Shown here piece by piece: positions 12,154 to 21,866 of a DNA stretch of 34,610 bases. The notes under the pieces are model-generated. The model did no database searches. It was not told the DNA's origin and was given only the letters and a program-made list of their open reading frames with translations. The position numbers were made by a program, and so were the translations under genes. Source of the DNA: Diploschistes diacapsis (lineage: Eukaryota). The stretch lies in contig JALAIB010000082.1 in NCBI GenBank assembly GCA_023645945.1, positions 1-34,610 on the forward strand, written 5' to 3'. Within the stretch, counting starts at the first letter, position 1. Each line of letters opens with the position of its first letter.

Positions 12154-14430
12154 TCAGTTTTGGAACATCTCCTTTCCAATAGATGCTCCTTTGCCTTCTT
12201 CTTTTGTGATTGTCTCGGCAGCTTTGACAAGATCGTAACAAATCTTCTCGGAAACCACACTATCTTGTTTGTACTCTGGGTGGTTTCTGACGAAATGACG
12301 TATCCACTTAGCACCAGTCCATAGCTGACCTGAAGCTCTCTTCCGTATGAGATCAAGATATCGTGCAAGGTCACATCGAGTCTCCACATCAACATTGACG
12401 GAATTTAGGTAGCTTTCGACGAGCGGGATCAGACCTGGAAAACCATCCACTTGGCCGTTCACAATTTCGTCAATAGTCATTGAGGCGTACTCATCCTCCA
12501 CCGGTCCCTCAGGTGTGGCTGGGCGCGAGAGATAGATTGGCGTCGTCGTTCCGGACTGGCCTGCACTGTCCGGCTTGCTGCTGCGATGCGAAAATGGATC
12601 CTTGCGAAAGTAAAACTTCCGACCATTGACCGCATCCCTTGCGTGAGCGGTTTCCATGTTCTCTGTAGTACGTGGAATCGGAAGGTAGAAATTGAGGTCA
12701 AAGCTGAGAATTGCACGCGTAACCAGGACAATGAAGACTGCAAAAGCAGCGTTCTCGAAGTCAGTAATCTGAATTTCCATCGAGCGAAACTCAACCCGCC
12801 AACCTATAGCGTTGCTTGGAGGTGGTGGTTTGAACCGCATGTGTTGCCAGTTCGTCGACTGTAGGTTCTCGAAATGATCCGTTTTAGACAGATCAAGCTC
12901 TTCCAAGTCCTCCGCAAAGACCACAATCGGATCGCGTATGAACAGATGAGCGAAATGGGTAGCTAGAAGTTCGTCCATGCCACCTTCAATTAGCCGCTTT
13001 TTCACGTTCTCGTCAACAATAAGGTCGGGGTCCATGTATTCTTTCCTTAATCGCGGATCTTCTGAGATGTACGTGGAGTTTGAGGCATAACGTGACTTGG
13101 GTATTCGCCACCGATTGTCCTTCAACGGCTACTTTGATTAGTCCCAGGCTCACGGGAGCTTGTGGATCGAACATACTTTCTCGCCGAGCTCCTCCGCAGT
13201 CCTGTCATCTACGGCCCGGCTGATCTGGTTCCACCGCACGTCCGTATCAACCAGAAAGCCTTTGTATATTGGTGTCGCCGCCGTCAAGGCCAGAAGAATT
13301 GGTCCTAGAGGACTCAATTGATCGTACAATATCCGACCCTCGCGAATGTTTTTTGCTTGGAAAGTTATTTGCAAGCAGCAGCTGCCCATTCCGAAAGCCA
13401 TTCCATCCATATAGACAAAGCCATCTTTAACAGCTCCTTTTCGAACGTCGTCGTCTTCGGGCCATTTGTGAAGGTTGTAGTCCACAGTAGGATCGCTCCA
13501 TGGACTAGGAGTTTTTTCATCCTTGAAGATAGGGACGTTGATTTCTACTTTCCTGCCTCTGCGGGAGCGAATGTTTGCGGCTAAAGTCGGGAATCGAATG
13601 TGTGGATTCGCAATCTCATCAGGCAGGAATTGGGAGCGCAGCTTGTCTCCGTGAAAGGGATAGTAAGGGGTCATATAATCGTCCTTGGTCCCAAGTCTGG
13701 GAAACGTGGTCAGAGTAATGGGGTACTCATTCGCCTCCATGTGATCTTTAGCAATGACTCGCCTTCAGCCAAAAGTTAGCCTGCACTTGCAGCAGAAAAG
13801 TAGACTGACCGACCGCATTTTCATGTTTCGTTCAACATCAAGAAGATCTTTGAAGCCAATCCCCCATGGCTTGCCGGGGGTAGATTCGAGCATGAAGCGG
13901 CCAAATTCTGGATGAAATGTAGGTAATGTATCGACCCTAAACTTCTGAGTTTCACTATTGGTGGCCGGCCAAGGTGATTGCTACCTTTGTACATCTTGTA
14001 TTTCTGGAACACATCCGCCACGCTTCTGCAGCTCTTCATCGCGAGCAAGAGCTTCCAGGATGTCACCTTGTCGTAACGAGAGCCTGGCTTTTTTGTTTTC
14101 GTCGTCATATGCAATGACTAGATACTCGACCTATATCTATTGATCAGATAATAGGCTTCGAGAAGGTACGTCCGATCTACCTCATCCCCCCAGAGCAAGG
14201 CATCTCGCTCTTTGCCCTTGGCCTTCTCCCATATCATTAAGAGTTGCTAGAATAGGTTAGCTGCTGTAACTAAGGTAAAAATAGTTTCCCCAGACCTCGA
14301 TGCCCCATTTCCGTACTTGATCTGCTTTTGTTTTGGCATCTGGCCAAGGTAGGGGAGTTCCAAGAGCGCTGCCAAGATATTAGTCCATTTGTTATCACCT
14401 ATTGCAAAGGCGACTCTACAGAAGACCCAT
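12154..14430 (-). CDS. GSH1: Glutamate-cysteine ligase catalytic subunit (gamma-glutamylcysteine synthetase); 6 exons
   Basis: Spliced start MGLL|ALGTPLPW...WGIE|QLL...WGDE|VEY; motifs FHPEFGRFMLESTPG, YMDGMAFGMGSCCLQITFQA, HFENLQSTNWQHMRFKPPP, GWRVEFRSMEIQITDFENAAF. Five short introns (14419-14369, 14295-14247, 14180-14131, about 13813-13764, about 13176-13129). Confidence 0.98.
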
Positions 14431-14809
14431 AGTCCAACTTGTACTAGATCTTGAGATGATTCTTCTGTATCAATATCATGGATGCAATGATGCTCCACTT
14501 CCGTTGAAGATGTATTAAACGGGGGTGCGATACAACGCGCCTCAAGCGCCTGCCAAATGTCGTCTATATCATACTGCAGAGTGTTGAACCCAATGTACAA
14601 GGCATGACAATCGCTTGCAAGTCTCTAATAGGATGTGTGTCGCCTGGCCCTTATGGGGGAGGACCGTCTGATCATATAGGATACCTGGATGTTACGTCCT
14701 TCAGGACTTGAGCGGTCAGACTTGGGCTGCAGTGGAGGCTCCTTCAGACCGTCGGCGACCATCATGATTAGCTTCTGCATCCAAAAAAAGATTTCTCATA
14801 GGCGTGCAG

Positions 14810-15014
14810 TGAGTCAATGACGGTGTGCGTGAAAGAGATCGCCAAGGTGAGGGCGTAATGATTTGTAATCCACGTTTCTGGCGGTAAGTTAAGTTAATCA
14901 GCTGTTTGATGCTGACTGACAGCCCCCCAAAAAGCATGCGGATGTATAATGGTATCTACATGCAACTACGGACGATAAGAGGCTCTCTAGGCAGCTTCAT
15001 GCATCTTTGAGTCA
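14810..15014. promoter_or_regulatory. Two perfect TGAGTCA (Gcn4/CpcA, AP-1 type) sites in the GSH1/DUF427 divergent promoter
   Basis: TGAGTCA at 14810-14816 and 15008-15014 matches the TGA(C/G)TCA consensus. Confidence 0.45.
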
Positions 15015-15420
15015 CTATGATTGGTAGGTGGCACAATTCCCTATGCCCATTTGCTGTGCTGGCAAGTGGGAACAACTTGGAGAGAAGCTAAAGCAGGGGG
15101 CTTTTCCCACGCAGAAGTCTAGGCACTGCAAGAATTCCAAATACTCGGGATCGAATCAATATATAGCTTCTTTTCCCCGCACATTAGAAGTAGACAACAA
15201 CAGGTTTGCTCTCACAACAAGACAAGTATCAGTGTAGTGATTTCCTGAGAAATACGCAGCAAGGCATCCATCCACGAGTCTCCAGCGGGTAGGAGCAAAC
15301 ACAGTAATACAGCGACCAATCTGCCTCGTTTCCCATGGCCCCCGACCTGTGGGATCAAATCTGCTGTTCATGTTAAAGCTAACAGCATTGACAAAGAGCA
15401 AATCCAATTCAACAACCGAG

Positions 15421-15929
15421 ATGTCCGGAAGTAAGGCAACAGCCACCGTCAACGGTAGGGTCATTGCCGAAGCAGATTCATGGCAGGAAGTCGAAGGCAA
15501 CATCTATGTGAGTAGTGCCGTATGCCAACGGAGGCACAGGGGATACTCATGTGTGCTAGTTCCCCTTCTCGTACGCTGTCCTACGGTGCAGGATCTATGC
15601 AGGATTGACAATGCAGATCCGTGGACAAGTCAATCCTCACACCAACCGAACACTCCACGCACTGCCCGTGGAAAGGAGATGCCTCATACTATAATATCGG
15701 CGTCGACGGTATGATTCCATGCTTCACATGCTAGGCCTGACGCGTCGCTGAAATGGATCACTAGGCGAGAATCTGGAGAACGCGGCCTGGTATTATGCAG
15801 AGCCGCTCGACAAGGCCAAGCATATCAAGGACCATGTTGCCTTCTGTAAGTAAATGTTCTCGTATTGGAATGGCGACGCTAATACCTGATGTTTCAGACA
15901 AGACGAAAGTCCAAGTCACTAAATCATGA
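15421..15929 (+). CDS. DUF427 (NTP_transf_9) family protein, about 100 aa; 5 exons including an 11-nt microexon
   Basis: Spliced MSGSKATATVNGRVIAEADSWQEVEGNIY|FPFS|SVDKSILTPTEHSTHCPWKGDASYYNIGVD|GENLENAAWYYAEPLDKAKHIKDHVAF|YKTKVQVTKS*. EGNxYFP, CPWKG-ASYY and AAWYY are DUF427 signatures. Four GT-AG introns. Confidence 0.93.
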
Positions 15930-16501
15930 AGTTTAGAGAATATGGCAAGGTAGCAAGCAAAGCACAGTAACAACGGTTCACTGTTTGAGTGACATTTGGA
16001 TCTCGAACCTAGCACAACGGCCCCCCATGGCTACTTGAGCGCATTCATCAAATCAATATGCTCAAATATGCTATACCAGGCTCAACTGAAAAGCAGTGCT
16101 CGAACTCGCATGTAGCATTAAATAAAGAATGGAGATGAAATCTAAGTAAGAGAGTAAACGATATTTTGTACACGGTCCCGGTACCGGCAAAACCTCCCCT
16201 CCGCCCTCTGTCCTTTAAGCTGTTCAGCCAAGCTTCGACATCTCACGCCTACATAAAAAAACGCTCACACGTCCAGCCCCTGGACCGCAAACTCGCTCAA
16301 CGACAACAAACGCCTCCATCACCGCTCCCGCTACGACCCATCACACAATCCATAAGCAATCAGCACTAGCATCTCACAAACTCGCTCAAAAGCACACAAA
16401 ACTTTCCTCTCCACACCTACCAGAACAGAACCCGCCGGTTTCCCCCCCTCCCCTCTTTCCCTCTCAATCGGTGTCCTCCGGCCTTCTTTTAAATAGCAGA
16501 A

Positions 16502-17238
16502 ATGGCCTCGCCTTTCGGTCCGACCGATTCGCTCCCTCAATCTTCTGCGCATCCGGATGCCAGCTCGTCAAGTGGCAGTGGGACTGGAAGCCTGGTAGGG
16601 AGCGGCAGCAGTGGGAATGCGAACGGTCGGGTTATGCCCAGGTCGGGCAGGCCCGTTAGCGAGAGTTTGTTGAACGACAAGGTAATGCTACCCTCTGCTC
16701 CCATCTACCTTCTCCTTTCCGCTTCAGTTGCCTCTCTTCTACTTTGACATGCTTTTGGTGCTCTACCGGCTTTCCAGCTGATCGGTGTTGGGCGCCGCCT
16801 GCTGACGCTCGGCAGTGGGATCATGCACTCTCTTCTGGCCTGATCCGTTCCTCGCTGGGTGCTGGCTTTGGGATTGTGTTGTCTGTGCTGCTTTTCAAGA
16901 GGCGCGCGTGGCCGGTGTGGGTGGGGCTTGGCTTTGGAGCTGGGAGGGCTTGGGAGGAGGCAGATGGTAAGTTTCGGTTTTCTTGATAGGATGTTTTTGT
17001 TGGGGGGGAGAGAAGCAGGCAGAGGAAGGCCTAGAAAGATAACAAAAGAGGGCGTGCGATGAAAGGATGCAAAGGAAGGCAGATGATCATAGTGGTGGGA
17101 TGAAGATACTTTGTGTGAAAGCCTGTGTCTAACCAGCCTTGGTGTTTGAATTTGGGGCTAACTCGACTTCTTATAGCTACATTTAAGCGCGGGGACACAT
17201 CAAAGTCCAGGGAGGGCCTGAGGTTGGTTCGAACATAG
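16502..17238 (+). CDS. MIC10: MICOS complex subunit Mic10 (Mos1/DUF543); 3 exons
   Basis: Exons 16502-16681, 16816-16966 and 17177-17238 give ...PVSESLLNDK|WDHALSSGLIRSSLGAGFGIVLSVLLFKRRAWPVWVGLGFGAGRAWEEAD|ATFKRGD..., with two GxGxG transmembrane helices separated by KRR. Confidence 0.94.
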
Positions 17239-17662
17239 GCGACAGGCTCACTGGAAGTTCAAAAGATGGAGAAACTGCCGCTATGTATATATGGCCTGTA
17301 CAACATCGAGTAGACGGTTTGTGGCACCGAGGCAATCGAGCTAATTGCTTCAAGGCGCGTTCGACAAGCTCACCCAGATCCCAAACACATCGTTTAGCAA
17401 CATGTTCTATTGATATAGTAGAGTTCTTTCGCTTCATGCTACCTATCATTTATCTACCGAGCATTGGTGTACTAACCGGGTATCATAGTGTCGTTAGCTT
17501 CATCGCACACCGCGACCGAGTGCCGTTGGTATCACGGCATGCAAGCAGAAGCCCTCCCAAAACCACTAAAACCCTACGCCAAACCCTCAATGCGAACCCA
17601 GGCGCAACAGAACTTTTTGCTTTGCGCATGACCGTCCCCGTTTGTGCTACGCACACCCATTC

Positions 17663-19424
17663 TTACAAATCTGGCTGAGCACCGACCGGTGATGGGCCAA
17701 TATCGGGTTTGTGAGTCAGGCAACCAACGCACATACAGTCCCCGTCGCACATGCATGTGCCATCCAAGTCACTACAGCTGGGGACGTCATACTGGACAGT
17801 CCTCCAGTCGGACGGGTTAAAAGGGTTGACGGGCATCACCTGCGAGCGATTCTGCGACATGGATGATAGTTCGTTGGGAAAGTGGGCGCTCACGCTCGAG
17901 CAGCTTGCGTCAGGACGAAAAGGGGGCGATTGCATTCCATTGGGAAATGTATTAAACAATTCCTGCGACAAACCTTCGCTGACGGTCGGGCTGACCAGAG
18001 AATCTTGGTTTGGAAAGGGGTTGTTCGGCGTTCCTCCAGTATCATGCAGAAACGCACCCAGTTCGCTCATGTGATGCATGGATACCTTATTATAAGGGTG
18101 CTGTGGACACATAAGACAATCACAGCCCGCACCGCAGGCGCACAGCTGTGTGTCGGAACCCAGACGAGACAAGCTGATATAACCTGGGATGAACGGCCCG
18201 TCCGGTAGCTCTTTGACATCCCATCCATCGGATTGCATGCCCGTTTCTGGCAAACTTATGGGATGAGGGAAGCGTGTCTGACACCCAGGCGGTACGGTGG
18301 AGGGAGGAGTGCCATCAGGAACATGTGTTACCGTGGAGTCGACCCTCTCCTGCAACGGCGTGCCATTGTTTATTGATGACTGCATAGGATGCACCCACTC
18401 TGTACTAGGAACAGACCCGGAACAGTCAACTAGCGTAGAAGCCTGTGAGCTGCGGCTGCGGCTCTCTGAGCTCAAATTCTGCGAAGATTTCTGACGTGAG
18501 GGAACAGCATTGTTTGAGCAACATGAAGCTCTTTGTTTCATTTGTGCCGGCTGCAAACTGCTCTGATATTGCCCATTATCACTCGCGCCATTTCGATGTT
18601 CATCGTTGCTCGTTACGGCCTCATGCTTTACGGTCCGAGGTGAGACCTCACCAGACCGCTCGCTGGACCGCAGCATATGAAAGTCATTGTAGAGAAATGA
18701 CGTACTTACCGGTGGCCCGTATGGCCCATTCATGTGCATTTGCATAGGCTGCTGGATTGGAAAAGGTGCCGGCGGACCTTGTCCATACTGATTAGGTTGT
18801 AAAGTCTCTTCCGACGAAGATCCTTCTGAGCGGAGTAACCCGCCTCCATTCCTCTCCAGCCCCTGCGCCAGTTTCTGTGGGTCGAAGTTGCTCTCCGACC
18901 GCGAATGTTTCCCGACTCTAAACGAGCCGTTGTTCTGAGATCTTTGTGGTAGAGGAGGTCGAGGATGGTCTGAAGGCCGTGACAGAGGCCGTTGATGCGC
19001 GGCTGATGAATGGAGTGGAGGAGCTGGTGGCGGTGGCGGCGGTAACGGATTCCCATCGGGACCCAGGACATATTTGGGCACACACACGCAACCTGGTTCT
19101 GCACAGGCACAGGTCAGTACAGACGTTTATTTGGTGGTTGATACGAAAACAGACGAACCTTTCTTTATTCTTGCCATCATCACCCGTTCTCGTCCACAGG
19201 AACATGAATTGCGGGGATGAGGGCAACTGGACAACGGCCTCCCAGGCTTCTTGACTCGCAACATAAACCTATCAAAGTGTTCGCATTTCGTAGATCGGTG
19301 GCCGCGTATACAAGGCTCGCTACAGACATGTCAGTCAGCTCGATTTGAGCAATTATGCGAAAGCGCTTCATTGCAAGTGGCTCACTAACCATGCCCATTT
19401 GTCGCCATGCTCATCAGATGGCAT
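17663..19424 (-). CDS. MAC1: Copper-fist DNA-binding transcription factor, Mac1/GRISEA/Cuf1 (copper-starvation) type
   Basis: Spliced N-terminus MPSDEHGDKWA|CEPCIRGHRSTKCEHFDRFMLRVKKPGRPLSSCPH (copper-fist; introns 19389-19320 and about 19158-19099). Two C-terminal Cys-rich sensor motifs, CACGAGCDCLMCPQH and CMCDGDCMCVGCLTH (CxCx3CxCx2Cx2H), typical of Mac1-type rather than Ace1-type factors. Confidence 0.9.
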
Positions 19425-19573
19425 TGCAATTGAGAAAGCGTATACTGAATGTGGATGGGCAGGTATGTTAGTGTTCACTTCACTGGATTAGTATTGAAAA
19501 GCATGGCAAAAAATATTGCTGGCGGACTGAAGATTGAAACAAAGATGTGACTCTGCCCGAGTGTGTCAGAAAA

Positions 19574-19581
19574 TTTGCTCA
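19574..19581 (+). promoter_or_regulatory. Mac1-type copper-responsive element (TTTGCTCA)
   Basis: Exact match to the yeast CuRE TTTGC(T/G)C(A/G), 150 bp upstream of the copper-fist gene ATG. Inverted TTGCTCA cores occur at about 19636-19642 and 19346-19352. Confidence 0.4.
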
Positions 19582-20142
19582 TCTTACGTTGTAAGTAGAC
19601 GGTAAGCAGGATGATGGCGGCAACAAATAGATTTCTGAGCAACGGAGACTTCAAACGTCCCTCCTCCTTCTTCCTCGTCGGCAGTAAGCACATCGTATTG
19701 GAACTTTGAGTAGGGAACGCGGTTAGGCCATGCAGGGAAACACTCGTATCGAGAGTAGACAGTGGAATACCGAGTGCTAGTAGTTAGTTCGCTTCTTCTG
19801 CATCTTGCAGGGCTCCAACCTGCAAGGCTTAAAGGATGAACCTTTATATTGTAAGACAGGGAATATTTACACGAAGCTTGGGCCTACTCTATGGATCGTC
19901 AATGGAACATGACTACGACAGCAGCTCCAATATCTCCATCGGAATCCTGACCCCACCGGCCTAGATTGGTGTAGTTTGAATTTTCTCCTACTCAAACCTC
20001 GTCGACGGTGTGCTTTGACGTGTCGTTCCTTTAGGTCCATGAGAAACCTTTACTGGGCCCGAGCGCTGTGCGATTCCCGTGGGATACAGCCGTCCGGAGG
20101 TTCCGCTATAGATCGTTCAGCCAATCGCCTAGCCACATAAAG

Positions 20143-21866
20143 ATGGATAGCGAAGAGTTTCGGAAAGCGGCTCATGCATCAGTCGATCAGAGTGAGAGAC
20201 CCCATAACATTTACGCTCCGACTAAGTATATTGATATGTTATTACGCCAGTCATTGACTATTATGAGAACATCGAGGACCGGCGGGTGATATCCCATGTC
20301 TCCCCTGGCTACCTTCGTCAGGTCCTTCCTACAGCAGCCCCCGATGAAGGCGAGGCTTGGGAGGCCATACAGGCCGACATTGAAACCAAGATAACCCCGG
20401 GTCTTACACACTGGTACTTGCTCCTACAATCGTCAGTTGAACCGCCGTCTTACCGCTACAAGGCAGTCTCCTAGATTCATGGCGTTCTACCCTGCTTCAT
20501 CCACGTACCCCGGAATGCTAGGGGAGCTGTTCTCTGCAGCCTTCACCGCACCAGCCTTCAACTGGCTCTGCTCGCCTGCAATCACTGAGCTGGAAACCAT
20601 AGTTCTCGATTGGCTGGCCCAGATATTGAAGTTGCCCGAACAATACCTGAGCAAAGGCGAAGGCGGGGGCGTCATCCAAGGGAGTGCAAGCGAGGCCGTC
20701 GTGACTGCTATCGTTGCCGCCCGTGAGCGCTGTCTTGCTAAAGCATGCCAAGGCCTGGAGGGCGAGGCAAGAGAGACAAAGAAGGCCGAGGTTCAAGGCC
20801 GACTAGTTGCATTAGGGACCGAGCAAAGTCACAGCAGCACAGCAAAGGGTGCCCTGATCGCAGGTGTTCGATATCGATCAATCCATTGTCGGACCGAGGA
20901 CAATTTTCGATTGACTGGCAAGGGATTGGAGGAAATGCTAGAAAGATGTCGTCAAGATGGACTAGAGCCGTTCTATCTCACGACAACCCTGGGTACCACA
21001 AACACTTGTGCTTCGGATAATTTCACAGAGATCAAGCAGGCACTCAAGGACAGGCCAGAAGTTTGGGTCCACGTAGACGCAGCATATGCTGGAGCAGCTT
21101 TGGTCTGCGAGGAGTACCAACACCTAGCGAAGGACTTTGATGCGTTCCACAGCTTTGACATGAACATGCATAAGTGGCTATTGACAAACTTTGATGCTAG
21201 GTAATTGTGCTCCTTCCATTGCCGATTGAACTAAACGAGGCTTCCAGCTGCCTTTTCGTCAAAAGAAGGAGAGATCTTACCGATGCTCTTTCCATCTCAC
21301 CAGCTTACTTAAGAAATGACTTTTCATCTTCGGGCTTGGTTACCGACTATCGTGATTGGCAGATTCCCCTCGGCAGACGCTTCAGGGCCTTGAAGATTTG
21401 GTTTGTGATGCGGACGTATGGAGTGACTGGTTTGAAGGCGCACATACGCAATCACATCAAGCTTGGAGAGCTTTTCCATTCTCTAATCCTCAGTCGCCCG
21501 GACCTCTTCCAAATTGTTGCTCCACCTGCTTTCGCACTTACCGTCTTCTCCATTATACCCCCTGGTAATGATATCAGAACAGCCCATGGTAGTGACGAAA
21601 CGAACCCAGGTATCACAGACGGGTTAGTCAAACAGGACCCACCCAAGCTGGAAGCAGGTCATGGAGAACGGAAGAGAGCGAACGCCATCACGAAGGAAGT
21701 ATACGAGCTGGTCAATGCCAGAGGGGAGATTTTCATAACAAGCACACTGCTCAACGGCGTGTACGCCATTCGAGTTGTAAGCGCCAATCCCAAAGCCGAA
21801 GAGAAGTGGATACGCAGGGCCTTCGAGATCATAAGGCAAACTGCGGAAGAAGTGCTCCATAGATAA
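20143..21866 (+). CDS. Aromatic-L-amino-acid decarboxylase (group II PLP-dependent, DDC-like); 4 exons
   Basis: MDSEEFRKAAHASVD..., PGLTHW|QSPRFMAFYP, SPAITELE, GGGVIQGSASEA, HVDAAYAG, NMHKW (PLP lysine), DYRDWQIPLGRRFRALKIW. Three GT-AG introns (20192-20250, about 20415-20462, about 21201-21248). Confidence 0.96.

Noticed and set aside
16967..17176. Unusually long (210-nt) MIC10 intron as a possible snoRNA host
   Set aside because: No convincing C/D (RUGAUGA...CUGA) pair or H/ACA structure seen.
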